In this document: one piece after another, positions 9,340 to 19,438 of the stretch
How the letters are laid out: each line of letters starts with the position of its first letter
Numbering within the stretch: the first letter of the stretch is position 1
Notes under the pieces: model-generated
What the model saw: only the letters and a program-made list of their open reading frames with translations
What the model was told of the DNA's origin: nothing
The model's database searches: none
Virus record (IMG/VR): IMGVR_UViG_3300030090_003965
Coordinates: 1-62,136 of that record
Reading direction: 5' to 3' (one strand)
DNA: 62,136 bases
DNA from: a virus
Lineage: Duplodnaviria; Caudoviricetes
Translations under genes and position numbers: made by a program

Positions 9340-9726
9340 TTACTTTTCTCTAGAAACATTTTTCATTTTCTCAAAAGTTCTAAGGCCTCCAAGACCTAAC
9401 ATACCCATAAGCACAGTAGACAACTGACTAAAGTCAAATTCGGGTAGGCTTTGTTCAAAGCCTGCTAGGGCAAAACCAAACTGTATGAGAGGAGCCAAAA
9501 TAAAGTGGTAAGCCAAGGCTACACCACATACCCAGCCAACAAAAGGTCGCCATCCCGCAACAAAAATGCTTTTATGCGATGCTTCGGCCTTGTTAACCTC
9601 TAACTGAGCTAAATTAGCATTATGCAAAGACATACTAAGCTCGTGGTTTAGCTTTTCTCTTAAGTCTTTGTCAGGAACCATCTTATCAACGATTCCAGTA
9701 ATAGGTCCAATGAGTTTATCTAACAC
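9340..9726 (-). CDS. Putative holin (3TM holin family)
   Basis: FVAGWRPFVGW and LGMLGLGGLRTFEK motifs with transmembrane segments. Confidence 0.75.
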   Translation of the reverse strand: MLDKLIGPITGIVDKMVPDKDLREKLNHELSMSLHNANLAQLEVNKAEASHKSIFVAGWRPFVGWVCGVALAYHFILAPLIQFGFALAGFEQSLPEFDFSQLSTVLMGMLGLGGLRTFEKMKNVSREK

Positions 9727-9748
9727 AGAGATACTCCTTGTGGTGGTT

Positions 9749-11509
9749 TCAAACGGTAAAAACCTCTAACGGGTCCTTTTTTCCTTTCACTTCTATGGGT
9801 TCCAACGACTTTAACACAAAAGAACATTTTTTTGCAGTAGAAGACCCAACTAATATCTCCTTTCCTACCTGTTTGGTGGATGATTCCAGTCTGGCTGCGG
9901 TATTTACGGGGTCTCCGATCGCAGAATAGTCGAACCTAGAAGCGGAACCCATGTTCCCTATCACTGCTTTTCCTGAATTAACCCCCACCCCGATAGCAAC
10001 AGGTACAGGTAAGACTTCGTTAAGGACTTTTATCTTTTCCTGTATTTCAATTGCGGCCTTTATAGCAGCGTCTTCGTGATCAGGTAGGTCTAGTGGGGCC
10101 GAAAAAATTGCCATACAGGCGTCACCAATGAACTTATCTACCATGCCCCCGTGTTTTTGTATGGTTTCTACCTGTACAGACAAAGTTTTGTTCATTATTT
10201 CGGTAACTTCCTCCGGAGACAGCTTTTCCGACATAGAAGTAAACCCCCTCAGATCAGTGAACAAAAAGGTTGCGTAGCGGGTTTCACCACCTAGGGTCAA
10301 CAGGTCGGGGTTATCTTGCAAGCGTTTTATTTGTCTTGGGTCTAAGTAGTGTTCAAACTGTTTTTTAATCTGCTGGCGTAGTAAATACTGTTCCCTAAAG
10401 TTAAACCAGAACTGTTCCCCAGATAGTAACAATAAACAAATAGCGGGCCAAGTAACATCAACTAATTGATTTTGTTGAATAAGATAGACTCCTAGGCCAT
10501 ATACTCCCGCTAACATTCCTCCTACACTTACAGCAGACCAAGTTACATTACATCTTTGTAGAAGAGTTATTGTAATTGTACATACCAATAAAAGAAGCCC
10601 TAATTCATACAATAACCGGTTTGCAGGAATACTAGGACTGTTTGGTAGCAATAAGCTCTCTGCCAAAGCAGCTTGTATGTAGTGGGGATTTAACAAACCC
10701 GCAGGGGTAGCCAACTGTGGCATTATTCCTGCAGCACTTGTTCCCACAAAAACAAACTTACCTTCTACCTGTGGGTCTTGGTACGAAACCGTAGGGGTAT
10801 CCACCCAAGAGACCCACTTTCGGCCAAACCTATCTGTAGGAATTACCCCAAGTGCCGGTATTCTAAGGCTTTCAATACCTCCTTCATTAGTTCGTATTTG
10901 GTACGTTCCCTCCCCCGTAAGAGCTTTTAATACTTGTGTGGCAAAAGAAGCAACCCAACCGTCAGGAGCTCGAGAAATAAGGGGAATTTGCCTTATAAGG
11001 TTATCTACATCAGTAGGAGCAGAAACAGCCCCCTGTAAAGCAACCTCAGTTAGTTGCTCTATGTTTAAAATAAACCCCTTTGCAGGGCTATAGTTAACAG
11101 GATCTTCGCCAAGAATAACAGTTCCATGTGGTGGAGGATATTCCGCATTAGCAAACTCAGGCATAGCTAATACATTTATCCCCTGAGTTAGGCTTGTGGC
11201 AAAATCTTCATCTCCACCAAAACGGTCCGGTTGAGGAAATAAAACCACCCAACCCACCCCCAGAGCACCTCGATCCATAAGCTCATTTTGTAAAGTAGCT
11301 AAGGTTTGACGGGGGAAAGGCCAACCTCCTTCTCTTGCTATATCTTCTTCAGTTATATCAAGAACTACAAAATGCCCAGATGGAGTGGGTTGAGTAATAA
11401 ACGCATCAAATGTTTTAAGTCGCAACACCTCTAATGCAGACCAGTTTAACAACAAAGGCAAAGCTAAAGCTACAACGGTGAGTAGTCCGACTTTTGTACC
11501 TAGTTTCAA
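9749..11509 (-). CDS. CHASE2-domain class III adenylate cyclase
   Basis: N-terminal TM, CHASE2 (GGWPFPR, DVDNLIR), 3 TM helices, cyclase motifs FTDLRGFT, DKFIGDA, DYSAIGDPVNTAARLE. Confidence 0.92.
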   Translation of the reverse strand: MKLGTKVGLLTVVALALPLLLNWSALEVLRLKTFDAFITQPTPSGHFVVLDITEEDIAREGGWPFPRQTLATLQNELMDRGALGVGWVVLFPQPDRFGGDEDFATSLTQGINVLAMPEFANAEYPPPHGTVILGEDPVNYSPAKGFILNIEQLTEVALQGAVSAPTDVDNLIRQIPLISRAPDGWVASFATQVLKALTGEGTYQIRTNEGGIESLRIPALGVIPTDRFGRKWVSWVDTPTVSYQDPQVEGKFVFVGTSAAGIMPQLATPAGLLNPHYIQAALAESLLLPNSPSIPANRLLYELGLLLLVCTITITLLQRCNVTWSAVSVGGMLAGVYGLGVYLIQQNQLVDVTWPAICLLLLSGEQFWFNFREQYLLRQQIKKQFEHYLDPRQIKRLQDNPDLLTLGGETRYATFLFTDLRGFTSMSEKLSPEEVTEIMNKTLSVQVETIQKHGGMVDKFIGDACMAIFSAPLDLPDHEDAAIKAAIEIQEKIKVLNEVLPVPVAIGVGVNSGKAVIGNMGSASRFDYSAIGDPVNTAARLESSTKQVGKEILVGSSTAKKCSFVLKSLEPIEVKGKKDPLEVFTV

Positions 11510-11572
11510 GGTTTTAGCACTTCCATCTTTTTCTTGCTTGCCATAGATTTTTCTTTTTTCTTAGCCATTTTT

Positions 11573-12370
11573 CTAATCAAATTGGTTAATTGTTACGGTT
11601 TTGTTACAGCTTGAAGTGCAGTTAAATACCGCTGTGTAAGATTTGGCACTTACTCCATTTTGAGTTGCATTTACGGTGTAGTTTCCCTGTTCTACTCGTA
11701 TGTTCCCAACGTGTGCGCCGTCACCTGATTGCGTCAGGTTAACCGTTGAGTTATCGGCAGGGTTGTTTTTGAACTCAATGTCGCCATCCTTTGCGCCGCT
11801 ACCTGATTGCGTAATCGTAGCATCATTATTATTGCAGTTGTTGCAAGATTTAATATAGGCGTTGTGGCTTCCAGAACCAGATTGAGTAATTGTCCACGTA
11901 CTGTCATCTCCAAAGGCGTACATCTTTGCATAATGGTCTCCGGTACCTGTTTGGGATACCTTATAGATGTTGTCATCGCCAGACATATAAATTTCGCCAT
12001 ACATATCGTCACCGGTTTGGGTAACGGTCATCTCATTTGAGTCCTGATCCGCGTCAATATACCCTGTGTTGTCGTTTCCAGTCTGTGTAATCTTATATTC
12101 ATTCCCTGTATGGTTTGTGTACTGGCTATAGGTTTTAGCTAAATTATCGTCACCATTCTGGTCAATATCGATGGTAGCACTACTACAGGTATGCGTTGTG
12201 TATGTTCCATTTGATAGCCCACACCAGACACGCGCCGTATTGCCGGTTCCTATTTGTTCAATATAAATGTTGGTGTTTGTCCCTTTAGTATCTATCTCTA
12301 CGGAATTATCCGCTGCAAAAACAGGCAAACTAAGGAGACTGAACAATAGTAATCGCACTTTCACCTCCAC
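11573..12370 (-). CDS. Curlin-repeat secreted protein (CsgA/CsgB-like)
   Basis: Signal peptide (LLLFSLLSLPVFA) followed by N-x-A/I-x-I-x-Q-x-G repeats. Confidence 0.75.
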   Translation of the reverse strand: MEVKVRLLLFSLLSLPVFAADNSVEIDTKGTNTNIYIEQIGTGNTARVWCGLSNGTYTTHTCSSATIDIDQNGDDNLAKTYSQYTNHTGNEYKITQTGNDNTGYIDADQDSNEMTVTQTGDDMYGEIYMSGDDNIYKVSQTGTGDHYAKMYAFGDDSTWTITQSGSGSHNAYIKSCNNCNNNDATITQSGSGAKDGDIEFKNNPADNSTVNLTQSGDGAHVGNIRVEQGNYTVNATQNGVSAKSYTAVFNCTSSCNKTVTINQFD

Positions 12371-13415
12371 CGTTTACTACCACACCTATTTTTACACCCG
12401 CGGTCAGAATGTCTACGTTGTAGGCCCCACTTTTTTCTAGCTCTAAGTCTACAGTGTTTTCCACTTGGCGAAACAACGTAAGTCTTTCGCCCTCTACAAA
12501 AGAATAAATCTGTAGCTGGGGGTCAAATCCCGGAGTAATTCCTACTAACTCTACTCCGTCTAACTCCGCACCTTTTTCTTCTTTAGCCGCAGCACTTACC
12601 TCTATTACGTCTAACAGATCAGTTAGGAAGTCCACATCTAAAAAGTCCACATCTAATCTACCTATTTCATCTTCTAACTCATCTTTATCCAATTCGTTTT
12701 CATCTAGTTCGGTTTCTTCCAATAGATCTACGTCTAGTATGTTATTGGGACTACTGGCTTGTTCCTCTACGGCTTGTTGAATTTCGTCTGGAGGGTTAAC
12801 AATAAGCAAATTATCTATAAAACCCAGTGTCATGCCCTGTAATAAAACAGGTGGGGTAGGTGGTGTCTCCGACACACTAACCATAGTAGCTTGAAACGGT
12901 TCATTCATCACCACTACACCTGCTTGCGTTGTTACGGTTATTTCCCCACTAGAAGCCCCCGTGGCGTCTGGGAGAAGAATCACCAAACTGCGACCAATTT
13001 CATCCACCGTAGTGGTGAAGTCTGTCCCACGAATGGCAATAGTAGCGGTAGGAGTACGGATACTAATGTTCTCACGGTTAATACGTCCCAATGCGCCTGT
13101 CAAAAAGCGGGCTGTACCACTAGCCATGTTAAGAGCTAAACGGCTTTGAGACGGATCGGGGTCAAAAATGTATTCGTCTATTACAACACTGGAACGCTCG
13201 GTTAGTCGTACTACGCTATCGTCAAGAAACTGAATAGCTAAACGCCCGTTCCCAGTACGTACGTTATCCATACTGGCAATACCCAGTTGTAACTCAGCTG
13301 CTAGGGAATCATCCGTGTTCTGACGTAAGACCTCGCCAATTCCTCTCAATTCAGAAATAGACCCAACTTGGGCACTTGCCACAAAGGGCAAAAAAACTAG
13401 CAACCAGAAGTACAT
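12330..13415 (-). CDS. FecR-domain protein
   Basis: Signal peptide; D.VRTG...IQFLDDS.VRL, IRTPTATIAIRGTDF; acidic linker. Confidence 0.85.
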   Translation of the reverse strand: MYFWLLVFLPFVASAQVGSISELRGIGEVLRQNTDDSLAAELQLGIASMDNVRTGNGRLAIQFLDDSVVRLTERSSVVIDEYIFDPDPSQSRLALNMASGTARFLTGALGRINRENISIRTPTATIAIRGTDFTTTVDEIGRSLVILLPDATGASSGEITVTTQAGVVVMNEPFQATMVSVSETPPTPPVLLQGMTLGFIDNLLIVNPPDEIQQAVEEQASSPNNILDVDLLEETELDENELDKDELEDEIGRLDVDFLDVDFLTDLLDVIEVSAAAKEEKGAELDGVELVGITPGFDPQLQIYSFVEGERLTLFRQVENTVDLELEKSGAYNVDILTAGVKIGVVVNGGGESAITIVQSP

Positions 13416-14116
13416 TGATCTACATCAATAACACCATTAGTCGTAATAGCTACTATGTCTAAAATGTTTTTAACCGAACCCCCAGTACTGCTTTGGTCTA
13501 CGTCGATGTTATTACCATTACCCGTTATATTTGCTTTAATGGAATGGTCGGCATTGTTTACTTGAGTGGTGTCGATATCGTTTGAATCCCCGTCCACGGT
13601 CCAGTCGTTTACACAACCCACAACGTTACAAGTTACGTTGATGTTGTTTGAAGTCCCTGTAACACTAAAGTCTGCGTTCGCAGCGGTCGCTGTTGCAGTA
13701 TTACCTTGTGTGTAAACAAGCACGTTACTATCACCGGTAGCTTCAAAATCAAAATCTGTGTTTTGTACATCACCTGTAGCACCTAAAGCCAGAGTTTGAG
13801 TATTGCTGTCACCAGTAGACTTTAAAGTAAAATTAGCTGAATTAGCTTGTGCCGCCGTCATCGCAATAGTGTTGCTGTCACCTATCTGATCTACATCAGC
13901 CGTAATGGATGTACCCGATAAGCTCACCCTAGCACTACTGGTACCAACAACGTTGCTCGACCCAATCTGGTCTATACTAAGCGTGAGGGCGGTGCTACCG
14001 CCGCCAGCTTGAGTTAAGTAAATATCGTTGTTGGCCGCAAGAACAGACACACAATAGGCCAATGAATATAATAAAAACGCATAAACTAAACAAGATTTAA
14101 TCATTAGAGATCGCAT
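13397..14116 (-). CDS. Curlin-like repeat secreted protein
   Basis: Signal peptide; Q-x-G-x-S-N repeats (DQIGSSN, DQIGDSN, TGDSN, GTSNN). Confidence 0.7.
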   Translation of the reverse strand: MRSLMIKSCLVYAFLLYSLAYCVSVLAANNDIYLTQAGGGSTALTLSIDQIGSSNVVGTSSARVSLSGTSITADVDQIGDSNTIAMTAAQANSANFTLKSTGDSNTQTLALGATGDVQNTDFDFEATGDSNVLVYTQGNTATATAANADFSVTGTSNNINVTCNVVGCVNDWTVDGDSNDIDTTQVNNADHSIKANITGNGNNIDVDQSSTGGSVKNILDIVAITTNGVIDVDQCTSGC

Positions 14117-14117
14117 T

Positions 14118-14978
14118 TTACCTCTCCTCCGGAGACTGATAGTCCCACAAATCTCTTTCTATCCCCTGCATTATAAGCTCATAAACAGCAGCTTCTATAG
14201 CGGACCTTACAGCATACCCCGCTGTCTCGTTAACTGCCACCCCTGTTTCTAGTTCTACGAGTTCTACACCGTTTTCGGTAAATCTAAAAGTGTCTATTCC
14301 CGTAGAAGCACTAAAAATAGTTTTACTAGCTAATACATTTAACAAAACCTCTCCGGTTTGTACCAACACCGCCCTAAGCGAAACCGTGACTTGGTCTCGT
14401 CGGTGTTGCCTAGAGGTACCAATACCTAAGTAACGTGCTCCAACGCCGCCGGTAAATGTATTTGTTGAGTAGGAAATAATTCCTCCTTCCATTAGCAAAC
14501 CAGCAAATAAAAGAGGTTTTAACTGGTTATCGCCTTCGCCATCGTAAGTACTACGGGTAGATATAATTAGTTGACGTTCTCTGGTTAAATGGTCTAACAT
14601 GCCTCGTTCTGCCACGGTAAACCACGTTCCACCACCCGCGTTTTGTAGAGCTTCGATTAAAAAGCTATCTGCTCCCTGAGTTACCGCTGTGCTGAACAGG
14701 GCCATGTTATCAGCCGACTTACGCTGACCGGTTAAGTCTAAAAAGCTATAAACAGCCACCACTGCCTTGCGGGCAGGAGCGGAAAGTTCCACTAAGTCTT
14801 GTAAAGTGGGACGGTCAATACGGGGGCCTTCTGGGCAACGGGTATTGGCTACATCAGCGGGGTCTGCAATACGCGAAGTACTATTACGACACGCTTCAAT
14901 AGGGCCAACTGCCACACAGCCACAAGTGGCAAAAGCCAGAAAACATACAATTAGATACCGCACTCGTCTGTGGAGCAA
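14118..14978 (-). CDS. csgG: Curli secretion channel CsgG-like lipoprotein
   Basis: Lipobox-like Cys; AVYSFLDLTGQRK, STAVTQGA, WF.VAER..L..L..ERQLI, GARYLGIG, D.VTVSLRAV...TGEVL. Confidence 0.92.
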   Translation of the reverse strand: MLHRRVRYLIVCFLAFATCGCVAVGPIEACRNSTSRIADPADVANTRCPEGPRIDRPTLQDLVELSAPARKAVVAVYSFLDLTGQRKSADNMALFSTAVTQGADSFLIEALQNAGGGTWFTVAERGMLDHLTRERQLIISTRSTYDGEGDNQLKPLLFAGLLMEGGIISYSTNTFTGGVGARYLGIGTSRQHRRDQVTVSLRAVLVQTGEVLLNVLASKTIFSASTGIDTFRFTENGVELVELETGVAVNETAGYAVRSAIEAAVYELIMQGIERDLWDYQSPEER

Positions 14979-15427
14979 ATACCGAAACTACCTACAGGAA
15001 TACGTATTTCAGTTATTCCTCCATCAATATCGGTAACTAGGAGAACAATCTCTGTTCCGGTGTTTATAAAGCTAATTTGATTGCCTTCGAGGTCAAATAC
15101 CCCGCCTGACCCTCCGGTTTCAGAGTTAAACAACGATTCCGCTAAATCACGAGACAACTGGCTAAAGATACGACTCTCAAGGTTACGCACAAACTTAGCA
15201 AGGGTGGTGTTTTCTTGTTCACGTAAGAGTTCGCTTGCACGGGACTCGGCGGCTTCTCTTATGTCTTGTTTTCGGCTACGTTCTTGTTCATCTATAGTGA
15301 GATAATGCGCCGACTGTCCCACTCCGTTAAACGAGGGGTTTTTGAACTGAAAAGTTAGCCCAGTAGCCATTGCCTGAGAACAAAAAAGACCCAAAATTAC
15401 TGCACCTACATTACTCTTCATAGTCAC
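14951..15427 (-). CDS. csgF: Curli assembly protein CsgF-like
   Basis: Signal peptide then L.FQFKNPSF.G; F...LESRI.SQLS; C-terminal TEI.IP; directly upstream of csgG. Confidence 0.85.
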   Translation of the reverse strand: MTMKSNVGAVILGLFCSQAMATGLTFQFKNPSFNGVGQSAHYLTIDEQERSRKQDIREAAESRASELLREQENTTLAKFVRNLESRIFSQLSRDLAESLFNSETGGSGGVFDLEGNQISFINTGTEIVLLVTDIDGGITEIRIPVGSFGICSTDECGI

Positions 15428-15653
15428 TCTCCCGTAGCTCGATTACGGTGTCTAACTTTTGTTGAAGTCTAATTATATCGTTATCTAACATCCTAACTCT
15501 GTCTATTAGCGCAATAAGCGTGGTGTTTGCTTCGGCTAGTTTTCGCTTTATGTTATTGGTTATGTAATTCCAAATAAAGTGAATCATGTATAACAAGCCG
15601 GTGGTTGCCACTATAGGGAATCCGTACTCGCCAACTGCTTCGGCTATGCCCAT
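15411..15653 (-). CDS. Small membrane protein, paralogue of 15653..15934
   Basis: GFPI + TM + LIDRVRMLDNDIIR. Confidence 0.65.
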   Translation of the reverse strand: MGIAEAVGEYGFPIVATTGLLYMIHFIWNYITNNIKRKLAEANTTLIALIDRVRMLDNDIIRLQQKLDTVIELRESDYEE

Positions 15654-15934
15654 TAGTCTCGCCGAGCATCTTCTTTACCATTAGCACGGGCAAGTCTTTC
15701 TAGATCAGGGCGTATGCCTACTACGCTACACAAGGTAGCGTCTACACGGATCATATCATGATTCATGGTTTTTATGCGGTTGTCTAGGGCTTGCACAATA
15801 CCGTGAAGCCCATCTACTTGACTAACCACGCTTTCTAGAATGTACTTTATGGTCAAGAAAATAAAAAAGCCTGCAATCAACGCTATTGCAATAGGGAATC
15901 CTACATCTGCAATTAAGGCAAGCATCTCGCTCAT
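15653..15934 (-). CDS. Small membrane protein heading the curli-like module
   Basis: GFPI + TM + LDNRIKTMNHDMIR. Confidence 0.65.
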   Translation of the reverse strand: MSEMLALIADVGFPIAIALIAGFFIFLTIKYILESVVSQVDGLHGIVQALDNRIKTMNHDMIRVDATLCSVVGIRPDLERLARANGKEDARRD

Positions 15935-15942
15935 TGTTTTGC

Positions 15943-16125
15943 CTAACGTACTTTAAAGCCTACCCCTGCAAAAGCGGCACCTTTGCCTTTTGCCTGTTGA
16001 ACGCCTTTAGGCGCAGGAGTTACTTTTACATTAGACTCTTGTTGCTCTGCGTAAGGAACCGTGTATTCCCCCGCAGCGGCAAAAACAGTCATTCCAGACT
16101 CTACTTTATCTGCTTTTTTAGCCAT
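15943..16125 (-). CDS. Small hypothetical head-module protein
   Basis: GAGG SD; C-terminal KGKGAA motif. Confidence 0.5.
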   Translation of the reverse strand: MAKKADKVESGMTVFAAAGEYTVPYAEQQESNVKVTPAPKGVQQAKGKGAAFAGVGFKVR

Positions 16126-16145
16126 AGCTATTTACCTCTTAAGTG

Positions 16146-16925
16146 TTAACCATACATAGCGAACCAGTCGTTAAGTGCCATTCGCCACTCATAAGGACTA
16201 TCGAAATCAAAACGACGTGGCATATTCGGTTTCATAACAGGGGGAACAGGGTCAGGAGTAGGAGCAGCGGGAGCCATAGGTTCTTGATAAACCGACTGTG
16301 GAATAGCCGACTGTGGCTGCGCTTGTGGTTGTTGCATTTCTCCATAGGTAGTAAACCCCTGTGCAGTAAGAGGTACATCTCCCATCATTGCAGACTGTAT
16401 AAAGGGGTCATTACCCCAAAAAGGGTCAGCCGCGCCCGATTGAATTCTTTCTATATTAGCGGCAATGGTTTCGGCCTGAGCGTGAGTGGGGTTTGGGTTT
16501 GCACTATATACCCGCTGATAAGCCGCTTTGCGGTCTTCATCGCCACTGCCTGCACCGCCATAACCACTAGCCCGCCAAGTAACAGTGCCTCCGGCGGGGG
16601 CACCTCCCACAGTGCCAGTGTTAACTCTTAAAGTGTTCTGTTCCATCAAGCCCTTGGGTATTTCAAACCCCATGGGTATACCACCCGTAACTCCTAAGGT
16701 TGGAGCACCATACGCCACAGTAGGCGTGGTGGCTGCATTGCCCGCAGCACTGGTCATACCGCTGGGGCCTCCGGTGGTGGCGGTTTCGGTGTAGGGGTTA
16801 GGGGGTTTAGCAGTAGCAAAACTAATAGGGTCCCAGCTGGAATAGTCCTCAGGCAACAGATCGTATTGGGTAGTAAAGTTGCCTATTCTAATATCGGGGT
16901 CGGCGGGACGCGGGGGAATAGCCAT
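16146..16925 (-). CDS. Pro/Gly/Ala-rich hypothetical protein
   Basis: Start overlaps the portal stop (TAATG); GGAGG SD. Confidence 0.55.
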   Translation of the reverse strand: MAIPPRPADPDIRIGNFTTQYDLLPEDYSSWDPISFATAKPPNPYTETATTGGPSGMTSAAGNAATTPTVAYGAPTLGVTGGIPMGFEIPKGLMEQNTLRVNTGTVGGAPAGGTVTWRASGYGGAGSGDEDRKAAYQRVYSANPNPTHAQAETIAANIERIQSGAADPFWGNDPFIQSAMMGDVPLTAQGFTTYGEMQQPQAQPQSAIPQSVYQEPMAPAAPTPDPVPPVMKPNMPRRFDFDSPYEWRMALNDWFAMYG

Positions 16926-19393
16926 TATTCACCTCCTCCACGTTTTGGAGCATTATGTGTGCGGTCTAGGGCTATGTTAGCTCGTAACTGGGCAATATCC
17001 TCGGTAGATTCTATGCGCTCTCTACCCAGCATAAGGTCCTGTTGTTGCTTTTGTTTATCAAAGTTTAAGCGGTTGCGGTCCTCTTGGGCCTTTCGGGCGA
17101 GTTCGCCTTCGCGTATGTCAAGCTCACGGTTTTTAAGCGATACCAACGGATCATCATCGTCGGTGCCACCCTGTAACTGTTCTTCAACGTCGTTAAACTG
17201 CTTGGTAAACTGGGCAATAAGCTGTGCAACGCGGCCTTCGTATTGGGGGCGCGTTTCTTCGCTGGGTTGTATGCCCTGCTGTTGTAGCTCTTGTGCGGCT
17301 TGGGCTTCGGCCTTGAAGGAAAAGTGCTCATATATATGGCCTACCATCAAAGCGTAAACAGGCATTTGGCTACGCACGATTTTACTTTCCATAAAAGCGG
17401 TATGCGCAGCAATATGGGCATCATGGTCCTGTTCGGCAAAAACCTTTAAAGGATTACCCGAACCAGTTAGCACAAGGGGAGCTCGGCCGTTTTCTACGGC
17501 AGGGTTCTCGGGCTTGGGGTCTTGTTGGGGTTTAAGAATTTCGTCAATGTTGTCTATGCCCAGCGCGGAGTATACGCGGCGGTAGGCTTCGTACATATTG
17601 TGTATGGCAGGGTTACTGGTAGCCATGGTTAGTTGTTCTTGGGCCAGCATTACCCGTTGCGCCATGCTAAAGATGTTTGGGTCGCTTACGGGGAGTATGT
17701 CTATTTCGGGGCCAAAGTCCTCGGCAAGTAACTGGGGATTAGGCCCCTGTGGTTGCGAGGACTGTGCCGTGTAAGGGTACTGCATTTGCTGGGTGGCTAG
17801 TTCACCAAACAAAGTGCCCAGTAGTTTGAGCTCGTTTTTCAGGCTGGCATGTAACCGTTTATGCACAGCCGACATTACCTTACTGCCCCTTTCTAGTAAA
17901 GCTACGGTAGTGCCTACGGGGAGGTCGCCACGGCCTTCGGCAACGCCTATTTCTTGTGTGCCTACGAATTTTTCTGCCGCACTAACCACAAAACCCATTA
18001 AGTTAAACAGCGTAGTACTGGGTTCCTTATAAGGTAGAGGTAGTAGTGACTCTCGTAAATTGTTACTGGGCACGTCTACATCGCGCCACTCTCCGGGTTG
18101 AATGGCACTGTCATCATCGGAAATGCGCATTCCGCGTGTTTTAAAACCAGCGGGTAAGTTGCTCAGGGTACCGGCGTCTACCAACTGGCGTAAAGTACTG
18201 GTGGCCGTGCGAGACAAGTTCCCCAGCAGGTGTATTAGCCCAAAACCGTAAAAACCCATTCCGGGACTAAACTTGTAGTGAACAAAGTATTCTATTTTTG
18301 CCTTCTTAGGGTCTTGTTCCATGTAGTTGCGGCGCAAAGAGAGGACTTCGCCATTGTCTTTACACACCGTAACTATGTAAGGTAGCTTTATGCCGGTGGG
18401 GTCGCCGTTGGGGTCAGTGTCGGGGAATGTTTCTAGGTCCAAGTAGCAGTGGCATTCTAGTAAGGTGATTTCTTGGTCGTTTTCGGCATAAGTAGGACTG
18501 GTGCCTTCTATTTTGTCATAAGCCTCGGTAATCTCGGACCGTTCATCCGCGGCCATAGGCATAATGTTTACGTCGCGGTAAAATCCACTAACCTGTAGTT
18601 TACGTACTTCGTTGCTGGACATTTTAATAAAATGGGTAACGCGTTCGGAAGTTTTAATATCCGTGGCGCTGTAAGGAACCACTAAGTCCTCGGCGGGTAC
18701 AAACTTACTCACAGGACGGCCAAGTTGTTCCTCTTGGTAGACTTTTTTAAACGCACTACCGGCACAGCCCAAGTAGTAGAGCATTTGGTCGAATTCGGGT
18801 TCGTATTCGTCCATTTCGTACATGAGTTGGTAGTTCATGTAGTCTTTTACGCGGTCGGCGCGGGCTTCCATATCAGGGGTGCTTACGCCCATTACCTTGG
18901 TTTTTACCGGCCCGTTGGCCGGAATAAGCTCCTTATATGCTCCTGCCTGAAACTGCGTAACGGCTTCGTTAAGCAGGGGGTGTACCACGCCCGTTGCGCC
19001 GGTAAAGGGTTCGGTGCGCACGTCGTAACGCAGGCCAAGGAGTTCTAGGCCCTTGCTGTAGGTGTCTTCCCAGTCTTCGCGGCTGTTTTTGTCGTCTTCG
19101 TAAGCACTGGTAATCTTTATACTAATGGCACTGAGTTCGGCGGGGTCTAAAAGGTCGGCAAGGTTGCTGTCAAACGGGGCCGTGGTGGGGTCCATAGCGG
19201 GGGCACCACCAAAGTCAACGGTTGCGCCACCAGTGGGGTCATCGTCTAGGGTGACTTCTACATCCACGGGGGTGTCGGTAAACAAGGCGTTTTCTTGCTC
19301 CAGAATGTCGGCCTCCTCTAGGCTGTTAGCAGCCGCAGGGGCGCGGAGCAAGGCTTTGTCTATATTGTTTGTGCTCAGGGGATCACGGGCCAT
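16925..19393 (-). CDS. Portal protein
   Basis: 822 aa directly after TerL; HPLLNEAVTQFQA, GFYGFGLIHL, DAGTLSNLPAGFK, PVSDPNIFS. Confidence 0.88.
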   Translation of the reverse strand: MARDPLSTNNIDKALLRAPAAANSLEEADILEQENALFTDTPVDVEVTLDDDPTGGATVDFGGAPAMDPTTAPFDSNLADLLDPAELSAISIKITSAYEDDKNSREDWEDTYSKGLELLGLRYDVRTEPFTGATGVVHPLLNEAVTQFQAGAYKELIPANGPVKTKVMGVSTPDMEARADRVKDYMNYQLMYEMDEYEPEFDQMLYYLGCAGSAFKKVYQEEQLGRPVSKFVPAEDLVVPYSATDIKTSERVTHFIKMSSNEVRKLQVSGFYRDVNIMPMAADERSEITEAYDKIEGTSPTYAENDQEITLLECHCYLDLETFPDTDPNGDPTGIKLPYIVTVCKDNGEVLSLRRNYMEQDPKKAKIEYFVHYKFSPGMGFYGFGLIHLLGNLSRTATSTLRQLVDAGTLSNLPAGFKTRGMRISDDDSAIQPGEWRDVDVPSNNLRESLLPLPYKEPSTTLFNLMGFVVSAAEKFVGTQEIGVAEGRGDLPVGTTVALLERGSKVMSAVHKRLHASLKNELKLLGTLFGELATQQMQYPYTAQSSQPQGPNPQLLAEDFGPEIDILPVSDPNIFSMAQRVMLAQEQLTMATSNPAIHNMYEAYRRVYSALGIDNIDEILKPQQDPKPENPAVENGRAPLVLTGSGNPLKVFAEQDHDAHIAAHTAFMESKIVRSQMPVYALMVGHIYEHFSFKAEAQAAQELQQQGIQPSEETRPQYEGRVAQLIAQFTKQFNDVEEQLQGGTDDDDPLVSLKNRELDIREGELARKAQEDRNRLNFDKQKQQQDLMLGRERIESTEDIAQLRANIALDRTHNAPKRGGGE

Positions 19394-19438
19394 GCAACAA
19401 GTACTCCCAAAGTTGACGTCAAAACTAACATAAATTTA

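Noticed and set aside
11506-11568. 20-codon Lys-rich ORF MAKKKEKSMASKKKMEVLKP overlapping the cyclase TTG start
   Set aside because: Could give translational coupling, but it is too short and has no clear SD.
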